A stretch of DNA of 64,000 nt from an uncultured Clostridia bacterium (GCA_944393385.1 CALYAA010000001.1:48221-112220), one strand, 5' to 3'. Numbered from the stretch's first letter, positions 49,376 to 59,664 are shown. Notes: a model not told the origin generated them from the sequence alone. Numbers and translations are program-made.

Positions 49376-50634
49376 TGATTAAATCAAGAATTTATTTTTA
49401 TATTAGAATGGAATTATTATCTCCTATATCTATTGGTAGTGGTGATGATTTTATTACAGATCATGATTGTTTAAAAAATAGTAAAGGAGAGCCATTTATA
49501 CCAGGTACATCATTTGCAGGAGTGTTTTCTCATTATTTAAATAATGAACAAAGAGAAATATATACTCCAATGTTAAAAAATGATTATAAACAAAGCCCAT
49601 ATTACATATCAGATGCTAAAATATATTTTGATAATTCTGAAGAGAAAGTTCATACAAATATTAGAGACGGAGTAAAACTTGATAAATACAAAACAGCTGA
49701 AAAAGGTGCAAAATTTGATTTTGAAGTAGTAGAAACTGGAACAAAATTTGATTTTAGAATAGAAGTTATTGTAAGAGATAATGATGAAATTTCTAAAATG
49801 AAAGAAATAGTTGATATTATATTAAATGGTCTAAATAAAGGAGAAATCTTATTAGGATTTAAATCTAAAAGAGGATATGGTAAGGTTAAAATACTAGAAA
49901 CAAAAATAAAAGAATTTGAAAAAGGTCAAATAGAAGAATTACTTCAATTTAATAAATATGATATTAATAATTATAGTAATTACCAAATAAGTAATATAGA
50001 AAGTCAAAATAGATTTGATTATATAAAAGTTGATTTAAAACAATTAGGTGGAATAAGTATAAGAAAATACAGTGCAAAAGCTGGGAATGTTGATTTTGAA
50101 CATGTTACATCAAATGGTAAACCAGTTATTCCAGGTACTAGTTGGAATGGTTTAATAAGAAGACAATTATTAGAATATTTAAATAGTGATTTATTATCCA
50201 AATCTGGAGTTATATTATCAGATTGGTTTGGAAAAGAAAAAAATGGAGAACAAGAAGCTTCAGCTTCAAATATTATAATAGAAGAATCTAAAATTGATAA
50301 TTCTAAAAAAATTGATTTAACTAGAAATAAAATTGATAGATTTTCTGGTGGTGCAGCAAATAAAGCATTATTTTCTGAAACAGCATATTTTAATGGTACA
50401 ACAAGTCTTGGAATTAAAGTAAAAAAACATATAAAACAAGATGAAGATAATTCTAAAATAATTGGTTTAATAGCATTAGTTATAAAAGATATTGATAATG
50501 GTTTAGTAGCACTTGGAGGACAAACTTCAATTGGTAGAGGTTTATTTAAAGTAGAAAATGTTACTATAAATGGACAAGATATGGATTTAAATGATGCAAT
50601 AAACAATATTCTTGGAGGTGTTACAGGTGAATAA
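49375..50634 (+). CDS. Tandem Cas7-Cas7 RAMP fusion
   Basis: Two complete units: ISIGSGDDF...FIPGTSFAGVF...KRGYGKV and KPVIPGTSWNGLIRR...GGQTSIGRGLFKV. Confidence 0.7.
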   Translation: MIKSRIYFYIRMELLSPISIGSGDDFITDHDCLKNSKGEPFIPGTSFAGVFSHYLNNEQREIYTPMLKNDYKQSPYYISDAKIYFDNSEEKVHTNIRDGVKLDKYKTAEKGAKFDFEVVETGTKFDFRIEVIVRDNDEISKMKEIVDIILNGLNKGEILLGFKSKRGYGKVKILETKIKEFEKGQIEELLQFNKYDINNYSNYQISNIESQNRFDYIKVDLKQLGGISIRKYSAKAGNVDFEHVTSNGKPVIPGTSWNGLIRRQLLEYLNSDLLSKSGVILSDWFGKEKNGEQEASASNIIIEESKIDNSKKIDLTRNKIDRFSGGAANKALFSETAYFNGTTSLGIKVKKHIKQDEDNSKIIGLIALVIKDIDNGLVALGGQTSIGRGLFKVENVTINGQDMDLNDAINNILGGVTGE

Positions 50635-51004
50635 AGATGAAATAATTAATTTAATAAAAACTCAAAATATAGAAAATGCAAATGTTTTAGGAATTTTTTA
50701 TAATAAAGTTTGCATTGGCGAATTTAATAATAATGAAATTATTTTTAATGAAGAAGTTAATTATTCATTATGTAATCAAATTAGAGTTTTTAATAAAAAT
50801 CTGGAATTAAGAATAATAGAAAAAGATGGTAAAATTTTAAACAAAAAAATTGATGATAATTTTGGTATAGATTATTTTGATGAATCTATGTTTTTAAGAG
50901 ATAATTTTGATAAAAGATTAGTTGTAAGAAATTATTTGAATACAGATAAAAATAATCAAGTAATTATTAAAGATTCTAGACTAGTAGAATTTGTTTCAAA
51001 TTGA
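50627..51004 (+). CDS. Small protein in the effector operon (candidate small subunit or unknown)
   Basis: 125-130 aa ORF with a GGAGGTG RBS, between Cas7 genes; the track ORF begins at a TTG at 50612, and the GTG at 50627 used here is my inferred start; no recognisable motif. Confidence 0.4.
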   Translation: MNKDEIINLIKTQNIENANVLGIFYNKVCIGEFNNNEIIFNEEVNYSLCNQIRVFNKNLELRIIEKDGKILNKKIDDNFGIDYFDESMFLRDNFDKRLVVRNYLNTDKNNQVIIKDSRLVEFVSN

Positions 51005-51033
51005 TTTACAATTATTAATATAAATAGCCTTAA

Positions 51034-53115
51034 ATGAAGGAGAAAGTGAAAAATATGCAAAATTTATATAATAAAAATAATTATAGACAAAATAACAATA
51101 AAAATAATAACAATAAAACTAGTAATAACTTAAAAGTTGACGAATCTGTAAAATATATAAATCCATATAATTTTATAAGTTTACCACAAAAATGTGAAAG
51201 AAAGCCAGAAAACGAGAGAAGAGGAGATTTAACAGGATATATTGAATGTGTTTTAACAACAAAAACTCTAACAATGGTTCCAGATACTAACAGTATAGAA
51301 GAAGTAAACATTGGAGATAATAAGAAATTAAAAAAATACAAATTTTTTAATTATGGAGAAATAAATAAAAAAGGTAATTTTACTATTCCAGTAATATCTG
51401 GTAGTGAAATAAGAGGAATGCTTAGAACAGATTATGAAATTTTTACAGATTCTTGTATGTCAACATTAGATGATGATGTAAAATTTATATCTAGAACTAA
51501 AAATGCAAAAAATCCAGGAATTTTAGAAAAAGATGATTCAGGAAAATGGCATTTATACAAAGCTGTAAGACATTCTTTACATACTTGTAGAAAAGGAAAA
51601 GGTGTACCTAGAAATTTAAATGGTAAAAATGAAGCAATTTATTTTGTAGATGAAAAAAATCAAATAAAAATAGGGGATAAAATATATAAAACAGGAGATA
51701 AAGTTAAATTTTCTTATAAAGAAACAACTTCAGCACAAATAGTTTTATCTATTGGTAGTGGAAATACTGAAGGAATATTATTTATAGGTGAATTAGGTGG
51801 TTCAAAAGATATAGATAAAAAAGGAAATAATAATATACATGATAGTATTTTTGTTAAACAAGATACAGAAGTTAAAATTTCTAATATATCAGAAAGTATT
51901 AATGAATTAAAAGAAATTTTGGATATGTATAATGATAAAGCATTTAATCAAAAAATAAGAGGTAAAAATAAAATTTGGTATGCAGGTTATGATATAGAAA
52001 ATTCTAAATATCTTCCTGTTTGGTATAGTAATCCAGATGATAAAAACAGAAGTTATTTATCTTTAGCAGCAATAGGAAAAGAAGCATATCATAGAAAATT
52101 ACATGAATTAGTTGGAGAATTTATGCCTTGTATTGATAAAAATAATATATGTAATGCATGTAATATGTTTGGCTTTGTATCAGAAAATGATGCAATATCT
52201 TCAAAATTACGTATATCTGATGCAATTTATGAAGAAGATGAAAATCCATATTATAAAACAATAGTAACAAAAGAATTAGCAAGTCCACATATTGCAAATG
52301 CAGCATTTTATGCATTATACGCTCCAAATACACAAACAGATAATCAACCACAAAATTTTGATTTTAATTATGACTTTGTAAATATATCATCTAAAAATGC
52401 AAAAGAAATTAAAAAGGAGCAAATTACAATAAGAGGAAGAAAAATATATTGGCATCATGATGATATACAAAGAAATATTATAACAAATGCAAAAGAAATA
52501 ACAGAAAGAAATTGTGAAATAACACCAGTAAAATCTAATATTAATTTTAAATTTAAAATATTTTTTAATAATATTAATCAACAAAATTTAAAAGAACTAA
52601 TAGCAGTATTAAATTTAAAATATAAAAATTTGGACTTATATCATAAAATAGGAAAAGCAAAACCATTAGGATTTGGAAGTTGTAAAATAGAAGTACAAAA
52701 TGTTTATATAAGAAATATAGAAAAAGTAAATGGAAAATTAGAATATTCTATGGTAAATTATGAAAAATATTTTAATACAACTTCTGTAAAAGATATAGCT
52801 TTAGATGTGTTTGATATGACAACTATACCAATGCAAGAAGCTTTAAAAATATTTGATTTTAATTATATAAAAAATAATTATAATGATGCAGTTGTACAAT
52901 ATCCAATAGGAGTAAAAAAAGGAAAAGAAGCAAGTATGTATTGGTTTATGCTAAATAAAGTAGTTGATCAAGGAAAAAATTATATTTTAATGGTATTACC
53001 ACGAATTATAGATGGAAAAAATGAAAAAGGAGAAGAAAAACAAAGAGATTTAGAAATTAATACAAAAAAATTAGGTTCAACAAAAGGCTTAATTTTACCT
53101 AAATATATTAATTAA
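51034..53115 (+). CDS. Cas7-family RAMP with a Zn-finger insertion and an N/K-rich N-terminus (Csm5/Cmr6-like)
   Basis: INPYNFISLP; G-motif IPVISGSEIRGMLR; CX2C...CX2C (CIDKNNICNACNMFG); terminal Gly-rich loop GKAKPLGFGSCKIEV. Confidence 0.7.
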   Translation: MKEKVKNMQNLYNKNNYRQNNNKNNNNKTSNNLKVDESVKYINPYNFISLPQKCERKPENERRGDLTGYIECVLTTKTLTMVPDTNSIEEVNIGDNKKLKKYKFFNYGEINKKGNFTIPVISGSEIRGMLRTDYEIFTDSCMSTLDDDVKFISRTKNAKNPGILEKDDSGKWHLYKAVRHSLHTCRKGKGVPRNLNGKNEAIYFVDEKNQIKIGDKIYKTGDKVKFSYKETTSAQIVLSIGSGNTEGILFIGELGGSKDIDKKGNNNIHDSIFVKQDTEVKISNISESINELKEILDMYNDKAFNQKIRGKNKIWYAGYDIENSKYLPVWYSNPDDKNRSYLSLAAIGKEAYHRKLHELVGEFMPCIDKNNICNACNMFGFVSENDAISSKLRISDAIYEEDENPYYKTIVTKELASPHIANAAFYALYAPNTQTDNQPQNFDFNYDFVNISSKNAKEIKKEQITIRGRKIYWHHDDIQRNIITNAKEITERNCEITPVKSNINFKFKIFFNNINQQNLKELIAVLNLKYKNLDLYHKIGKAKPLGFGSCKIEVQNVYIRNIEKVNGKLEYSMVNYEKYFNTTSVKDIALDVFDMTTIPMQEALKIFDFNYIKNNYNDAVVQYPIGVKKGKEASMYWFMLNKVVDQGKNYILMVLPRIIDGKNEKGEEKQRDLEINTKKLGSTKGLILPKYIN

Positions 53116-53135
53116 ATCATAAAAGAAACTGGCCA

Positions 53136-53176
53136 CATACATAAAGGCAGGAGCACAACTCCTGCCTTTATGTATG
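53136..53176. terminator. Strong bidirectional terminator closing the cas island and the convergent SASP gene
   Basis: Perfect 16-bp stem CATACATAAAGGCAGG...CCTGCCTTTATGTATG. Confidence 0.8.
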
Positions 53177-53388
53177 CTTAAACTTAAAACATATATAAAA
53201 CCAAGAATAATGCCTCTGCCAATGAAGTTAATAAAATCTAAATAAATTTAAATAATATAAATTATTAAAATTTATTAAATAAAATTTTTTAATAATATAA
53301 TAAAAAAATAGATTTATTATATTTTATTATATTATATTCTAACATTTTTAGAAAAATTCATAATTTTATTAAAATTTATAAAATATAA

Positions 53389-53589
53389 CTACTTCATGTT
53401 GTTTTCAACTTGTTGAATCATTTTTCTAACCATGTTTCCACCTATTTTACCAGCATCTTTAGCTGATATATCTCCATTGTAACCATCTTTTAATGTTACA
53501 CCAATTTCTGAAGCAACTTCATATTTGAATTTATCTAAAGCACTCATAGCTTCTGGTACTAATTTTTTGTTACTGTTTGAATTTGCCAT
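53389..53589 (-). CDS. Small acid-soluble spore protein, alpha/beta type
   Basis: KLVPEAMSALDKFKYEVASEIGV...GYNGDISAKDAGKIGGNMVRKMI; strong GGAGGTG RBS. Confidence 0.9.
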   Translation of the reverse strand: MANSNSNKKLVPEAMSALDKFKYEVASEIGVTLKDGYNGDISAKDAGKIGGNMVRKMIQQVENNMK

Positions 53590-53964
53590 CTGTTATTCAC
53601 CTCCGTTATATATAACTACCTATATTTCTATATAATTTAAAAAACTACATTTTTTATATAGAATTCAGACTTGTAGAAAAACTACATTTCTGTTTTTATG
53701 AAAAAGTAAAAACTTTTTCTAGAAATAGAATATGCAAATTTAAATTATTTAAACAAGAATATTTTTCCAAGATAAAAAATTGTATAAAAAATGTAGAAAA
53801 AATTTGTAGAAATATATTGCATTTTTTTTTTATATTTATTAAAATTTATATGTTAAATAAAATTATTTTATTAATAAGATTATGTATTTAAAAAATAAAG
53901 ATTATAAAAAATATTCATAGGAAATCTATGAAAAACTAAATAATAAAAGATAAGGAAGAGGACA

Positions 53965-54852
53965 ATGTATAAATTAGTTGCAATTGATTTAGATGGGACA
54001 ATGTTAAATAAATATGGCATAATTACACAAAACACAAAAGATGTAATAAAAAAAGTTCAAGAAAAAGGAATAGAAGTTGTAATTGCTTCTGGAAGAACAA
54101 TAAATTCAGTTAAAAATTTTTCGAAAGAAATTAATAGTCAAAATTATTTTATATCAGGGAATGGAGCTATTACTTATGATATAAAAAAAGATGAAATTTT
54201 ATTTGAAAATGTTTTAACTAAAAATAAAGTTTTACAAGTAATTAAAATATGTGATGAAAATAGTATTTATTATAGTGTGTACACAGAAAATGGAATTATA
54301 ACAAAAAATTTAAATTATAATACATTATATTATTACAAAGAAAATTTAAATAAAGAAGAAAAGGAAAAAACACACATAAATATTGTACAAGATATATATA
54401 GTTATATAGAAAATAGAGATGAAAAAATTCTTAAAATAATGATATGTGATTCAAATCAAACAGTTTTTAAAGCTATAGTTAAGAAACTAGGAGAAATAAA
54501 AGATATAGAAATTTTGGATGTTTCACATATGTCCAGAAAACTTATAAAACAAGGAACAGAAGAAATTGCTTTAGAATATTTTTATACAGAAATTACTTCA
54601 AAAGATGTTGATAAATGGAATGCTATAGAAAGATTAATTGGTTTACTAGGTATAAAAAACGAAGAGGTCATAACAATAGGAGATAATGCAAATGACATTA
54701 AAATGATAAAAAATGCAGGTATAGGTATTGCAATGGGAGAAAGTGCACCATATATAAAAGAACAAGCAAATATTGTGGCTGAAAGCAATGATAATGATGG
54801 TGTTGCTGAAATTCTAAAAAAAGTTTTTTTGGATAATGATGATAAATTATAA
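53965..54852 (+). CDS. Cof-type HAD-IIB phosphatase
   Basis: LVAIDLDGTML ... GDNANDIKMIKNAGIGIAMG. Confidence 0.85.
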   Translation: MYKLVAIDLDGTMLNKYGIITQNTKDVIKKVQEKGIEVVIASGRTINSVKNFSKEINSQNYFISGNGAITYDIKKDEILFENVLTKNKVLQVIKICDENSIYYSVYTENGIITKNLNYNTLYYYKENLNKEEKEKTHINIVQDIYSYIENRDEKILKIMICDSNQTVFKAIVKKLGEIKDIEILDVSHMSRKLIKQGTEEIALEYFYTEITSKDVDKWNAIERLIGLLGIKNEEVITIGDNANDIKMIKNAGIGIAMGESAPYIKEQANIVAESNDNDGVAEILKKVFLDNDDKL

Positions 54853-54988
54853 GGCAAAAATTGAATATTACAGAAATATTACAACAGTATTAATTTTGTA
54901 TTACAATAGACTAATTTTGTTGATTTTTAAATAAAAATATTGTAAAATTAAATAAGAAAAAGAACGAAGGGAAGGAATGTGATAAAAT

Positions 54989-56095
54989 ATGGCAATGAAT
55001 CCAATGCAAAAAAAAGCAAGAACATCATTTTTAACAGGAGTATTAATAACTTTATTAATAACAGGAATAATAATAGCAATACTATTATTACTTTTGAAAA
55101 ATATGAAAGATGAGCAAGACGCAACTCAAGCAGCTCTTGCTAGAGTATATGTTTTAAACCAGGATGTACAATCTGGTCAAGTACTTACAGAAGATATGTT
55201 TACATTAATGTCAGTAGACAGAAATACAATACCATCAAATGCTACATCAGTAGTAGAAGTTATAAGTGGATGGTATTTACAAACAGTTGAGGGAACAATG
55301 TTAAATACAGATGAAGATGGACTTTATTATGTAGATTCTGAAGGACAAACTGTTAGAGTTTACACAGAAGAGTCAACAGGAAATTTCTATACAGAAGATA
55401 GAAATGGAAATAGAGAATTTATTCAATTAAATAATGTACCAGTTTTAGCGAAAGTAGATATGAATGCTAATACTGTTATAACACCAGAGCTTGTGGTACA
55501 ATCTGATGCCGTTGTTACAGATGATGTAAGAACACAAGAATACAACATGATTGTTTTACCAGTAAATTTAGAAACTGGGGATTATGTAGATATTAGATTA
55601 ATGGCACCAAATGGTCAAGATTTTATAGTAGTATCAAAAAAACAAGTTGAAATTCCATTAAATAGTGATGGAACATATATAGCAGATACAATAAGATTAG
55701 ACCTAAGAGAAGATGAAATATTAACAATGTCTAGTGCTATAGTAGAAGCATATGGAATACAAGGAGCTAAATTGTATGCATCTAAATACAAAGAAGCAGG
55801 AATGCAAGATGCGGCAGTTCCTACATATAGACCAAATTCAGCAGTTACAACATTACTTGGAATTGACTCTAGTGGAAATATTACAAATCCAAATGTTGTA
55901 GAAGAAGCTAAAAATGAATTAAGAAGAAGATATCAAGCACCTGCAACAACTGCAAGAAATGAATATTTACAATCTGCAATAAATAGTGATCCATCATATA
56001 ATGCAAATGTTCAAACAGGATTAGATGAAAGTTCAACAAATGCTCAATCAGCAAGAAGAAATTATATTGAATCACTTGATGCAGTGGCAGAGTAG
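54989..56095 (+). CDS. CpaB/RcpC-like Flp-pilus assembly protein (N-terminal TM helix plus SAF-like domain)
   Basis: TM helix, then ARVYVLNQDVQSGQVLTEDMF, an architecture typical of CpaB. Confidence 0.6.
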   Translation: MAMNPMQKKARTSFLTGVLITLLITGIIIAILLLLLKNMKDEQDATQAALARVYVLNQDVQSGQVLTEDMFTLMSVDRNTIPSNATSVVEVISGWYLQTVEGTMLNTDEDGLYYVDSEGQTVRVYTEESTGNFYTEDRNGNREFIQLNNVPVLAKVDMNANTVITPELVVQSDAVVTDDVRTQEYNMIVLPVNLETGDYVDIRLMAPNGQDFIVVSKKQVEIPLNSDGTYIADTIRLDLREDEILTMSSAIVEAYGIQGAKLYASKYKEAGMQDAAVPTYRPNSAVTTLLGIDSSGNITNPNVVEEAKNELRRRYQAPATTARNEYLQSAINSDPSYNANVQTGLDESSTNAQSARRNYIESLDAVAE

Positions 56096-56172
56096 TAAAA
56101 AATGTGGGGGCATAGATAATATGCCCTTACTATGTGATAAATTTATAAACAATATACTGAAAGGATAATTAT

Positions 56173-56859
56173 ATGAGAAAAATTGGATTTGTAGGAGTTT
56201 TTGATAAAACAGATTTAATACTTTGTATTTCTAAGATTCTAATAAAATCACAACAAAGGGTATTATTTATTGATGGTACATCAGTTCAAAAAACAGAATA
56301 TGTTGTGCCATCTATAATACCAACAAGGTCATATATAACAACTTATCAAGATATAGATATTGCTGTTGGATTTGAAAATTATGATAAAGTTATACAATAT
56401 ATAGGGGTTGAAGAAGAAGCAAATCTAGATTATGATTTTATTTTTGTTGATGTGGATGATTATGAAGGCTTTGAAGATTTTGATTTATATAGTTTTGATT
56501 TGTTATATTATATTACATCATTTGATGCTTACTCATTAAATAAAGGAATTGAAATACTACGCTTTTTAGAAACACCTGTGAGAATGGAAAAATTATTTTT
56601 TTCTAAAGAAATGTTTAAAGAAGAAGAGGAATATTTTAATTATTTAGCATTAGGAGTAAAAGTAGAGTGGGATGATAATAGACTATATTTCCCATTAGAA
56701 AACGGAGATCAAGCAGCTTTGATTGAAAATCAAAGATTAGAAAATATAAAACTTAAAAATTTAAGCAATATATTTAAAGAAAATGTTTCTTTTATGGTAA
56801 ATGAGATAGATCCATCTTTAGGATCAAAAAATATAAAAAATATAATGAAAGATTTATAA
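56173..56859 (+). CDS. Degenerate MinD/ParA-like protein (TadZ-like, Walker A lost)
   Basis: IGFVGVFDKTDLILCISKIL...VLFIDGT aligns with the MinD N-terminus but has no GKT. Confidence 0.5.
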   Translation: MRKIGFVGVFDKTDLILCISKILIKSQQRVLFIDGTSVQKTEYVVPSIIPTRSYITTYQDIDIAVGFENYDKVIQYIGVEEEANLDYDFIFVDVDDYEGFEDFDLYSFDLLYYITSFDAYSLNKGIEILRFLETPVRMEKLFFSKEMFKEEEEYFNYLALGVKVEWDDNRLYFPLENGDQAALIENQRLENIKLKNLSNIFKENVSFMVNEIDPSLGSKNIKNIMKDL

Positions 56860-56871
56860 AGGAGAAAAAAT

Positions 56872-57729
56872 ATGTCAATTGTAACTTTATGGAGTTGTGA
56901 TAAAAAAACAAATGGACAAACATTATCAGCTGTAGCAATAGCAACTAAAATGGCTATAGAACGTAATTTAAAAATTTTATTAGTTTCAACTAGTGTAAAT
57001 GATTTGACAATAAAAAGATGCTTTTGGAAAACAAATACAAAAGGGAAAATGATGAAAACAAATGGTGGACTAGAAGTTGAAACAGGTATTGAAGGACTTA
57101 TTAGACTAGTATATAGTAATAAACTAGAACCAAGTATAATAACAGATTATTCTCAGGCAATATTAAAAGGAAGATTTGAAGTATTATTTGGCTTTAGTGG
57201 AGCTTCTGATAATTTTTCAAATCCAAATATGGAATTATATACAGATGTTTACCAAAATTATTGTAAGATATTACAAGCTGCTAATCAATATTATGATATG
57301 ATTATTGTGGATTTAGATGGGCGTTTAAATTTGGAGATGAAAAATAAGATTTTAGAAATTTCAGATATGAATATATATATTACAACTCAAAAAGTTTCAG
57401 ATATTGAAAGATATATCGATTTAAAAGCAAATAATAAGAATTTAAATACATATAAAAGCACAGTTGCAATAGCTAAATATGATGATGACTCTAAGTATAA
57501 TAAAAAGAATCTTGCAAAATATTTAGAAGAAAAGGGAGAGGTTTTAGTAATTCCATATAATACACTATTTTTTGAAGCAGCTGAAGAAGCAGACATTATG
57601 GATTTATTTTTAAAACTTAGCAATATAAAAGATACCACAGATAAAAACTATATATTTATGAAAGAAGTACAAAGATTAGTTAACTTTATAATAAATAGAT
57701 TACAAGAATTGCAAATGAGAATGGGGTGA
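56872..57729 (+). CDS. Second degenerate MinD/ParA-like protein (deviant Walker A CDKKTNGQT)
   Basis: IVTLWSCDKKTNGQTLSAVAIATKMAIERNLKILLVST parallels MinD IIVVTSGKGGVGKTTSSAAIATGLA. Confidence 0.55.
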   Translation: MSIVTLWSCDKKTNGQTLSAVAIATKMAIERNLKILLVSTSVNDLTIKRCFWKTNTKGKMMKTNGGLEVETGIEGLIRLVYSNKLEPSIITDYSQAILKGRFEVLFGFSGASDNFSNPNMELYTDVYQNYCKILQAANQYYDMIIVDLDGRLNLEMKNKILEISDMNIYITTQKVSDIERYIDLKANNKNLNTYKSTVAIAKYDDDSKYNKKNLAKYLEEKGEVLVIPYNTLFFEAAEEADIMDLFLKLSNIKDTTDKNYIFMKEVQRLVNFIINRLQELQMRMG

Positions 57730-57735
57730 TGATAA

Positions 57736-59637
57736 TTGATTAACATACTTTTAATATTTTTAGTTTTTATAATTGGTGCATTATTGATACTATATTATAT
57801 AAATAAAAATAAAAATGCAGAAGTTGAAAAAGAAGTAGACCAAGATGATCAGACATACACTCTTGATAAAATGAGAGAATATGTAAAAAAGAGATTAGAT
57901 GAAATCACAAAAGTTAACCTTTATGATATAGGTTTATCAGAAGAAGAATTAAAAAGAAGAAAGAATAAAAAATATGCTTTGAAAAAAGCATTAAAAGGTT
58001 GTACATATGGTGATATCAATGATAAAAAATATGTTAAAGAATTAATTTTAGATATTCTTGAAAAAGAATATGGAATAGACGAAACCAATATCTCTAGAGC
58101 AATTCCTTTTGATATGCCATCATTATTAACAGCCCAAGATAAATTTGATATATTATTATATATGTATAAAAAAGAATTTGGATATGAAGCTTTAACAGAG
58201 CTTATCAAAAGATACAATTTAGCTACATTAAAATATTTACAAGGAGAAACAAAACCATCTTATGTAATTACTGCTGAGGAGATTTCAGAGATATTCGAAA
58301 AAGAGAGAATAATGCTAAATTTTAGAGATAAACTTGAAATAGTTGTACAAAGAATTTATCAACATTACAAAGGTTATAGTTCAATTGATGAAATTAGAGA
58401 TATGAATATAGATGGTGTATCTGGAGGTGTATCTGGTTTACCAGAAAGTTTCTTAAATCAGGTTGCACAAACAGGAACAACAGATTATATGGCACAGGTT
58501 TCTGAACACAAAGTTCCTCGTGCATGTGATAGTATTTGGATATTTTTCCAAGGTAAATCAATTCGTTTAGCTTTTCTATCATTTGGCTCAGAATCAGAAT
58601 TAAAAAGAGTTTGCCAAAACATTTATAAATATAATAACCCTGGACAGTTATCAGATACTAATGGTTACAAAATTAATGAAATGAAAGATGGATCTCGTGT
58701 TGTTGTAGTAAGACCTAGTATGTCAGAAACATGGGCATTTTTCGTAAGAAAATTTGACGTTAAACGTGCTACTGTTGAGCAATGGACAGGTGAAATGCAA
58801 GGTAAAGAAAAAGCAATTGAATTATTAAAATATCTTGTAAAAGGGGCAAGAATTATTTCTGTTACTGGTGAGCAAGGTTGTGGTAAAACAACATTACTTA
58901 TGGGTTTAATTGAAAATATATATGAAACAATGAACTTACGTATTACAGAAACTGCATTTGAGTTACACTTAAGAAAAGTTTATCCAACAAGAAATATTTT
59001 ATCAATGCGTGAAACAGATACTATTTCTGGACAAGAGTGTTTGGACGTTCAGAAAAAAACAGATGGTTCTGTAAATATTATAGGTGAGGTTGCAACAGAC
59101 CCTGTAGCATCTTGGATGATTCAATCAGCACAGGTTGCTTCTAAATTTACATTATTTACTCACCATGCTAAAACATTCCCAGACTTAGTTACAGCATTAA
59201 GAAACTCAATGTTAAGAGCAGGAGTATTTAAAAACGAAAAAACTGCTGAAGAGCAAGTAGTACAAGTATTAAATTTTGATATACATTTAAAGAAAGACTT
59301 TAGAGGTAGAAGATACATAGAAAGAGTAACAGAATGTATTCCAATTAAAGATACATCTGAATATAATTATGATTATAGAACAGAAAAAAATATGGATGAT
59401 AAATGGGTTAAATTTTTTGATAATGCAACAACATATTTTTCTAAAGTTACAGAACAAAAATTATATGTTTATCAAAATGTATTAGAATATATTGATGGAG
59501 AATATCAATTAACAAATAAAATATCAGATCATAATATTAATGATATGAGAGCAAATATGGATGAAACTGATGCTGTAGAATTTGATAAATTTATTGAAGA
59601 AAACTGGGGAAAGACTGTTAAATCAAAAAGAAAATAA
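57736..59637 (+). CDS. CpaF/TadA-like secretion ATPase (VirB11 superfamily) with a long N-terminal extension
   Basis: Walker A GEQGCGKTT (58867-58893), IIGEVATDP, His-box-like FTLFTHHAKT; TTG start at 57736 gives an N-terminal hydrophobic helix, and an ATG at 57871 is an alternative. Confidence 0.7.
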   Translation: MINILLIFLVFIIGALLILYYINKNKNAEVEKEVDQDDQTYTLDKMREYVKKRLDEITKVNLYDIGLSEEELKRRKNKKYALKKALKGCTYGDINDKKYVKELILDILEKEYGIDETNISRAIPFDMPSLLTAQDKFDILLYMYKKEFGYEALTELIKRYNLATLKYLQGETKPSYVITAEEISEIFEKERIMLNFRDKLEIVVQRIYQHYKGYSSIDEIRDMNIDGVSGGVSGLPESFLNQVAQTGTTDYMAQVSEHKVPRACDSIWIFFQGKSIRLAFLSFGSESELKRVCQNIYKYNNPGQLSDTNGYKINEMKDGSRVVVVRPSMSETWAFFVRKFDVKRATVEQWTGEMQGKEKAIELLKYLVKGARIISVTGEQGCGKTTLLMGLIENIYETMNLRITETAFELHLRKVYPTRNILSMRETDTISGQECLDVQKKTDGSVNIIGEVATDPVASWMIQSAQVASKFTLFTHHAKTFPDLVTALRNSMLRAGVFKNEKTAEEQVVQVLNFDIHLKKDFRGRRYIERVTECIPIKDTSEYNYDYRTEKNMDDKWVKFFDNATTYFSKVTEQKLYVYQNVLEYIDGEYQLTNKISDHNINDMRANMDETDAVEFDKFIEENWGKTVKSKRK

Positions 59638-59664
59638 TTTTAAATTTTTTTAACAGAAAGAGAG

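Noticed and set aside
50019-50606. 195-aa minus-strand ORF opposite the Cas7-Cas7 fusion
   Set aside because: It is antisense to a CDS with strong RAMP motifs.
53116-53964. Searched the AT-rich region downstream of the cas genes for a CRISPR array
   Set aside because: No regularly spaced direct repeats are present. The region holds only a hairpin terminator and a SASP gene.
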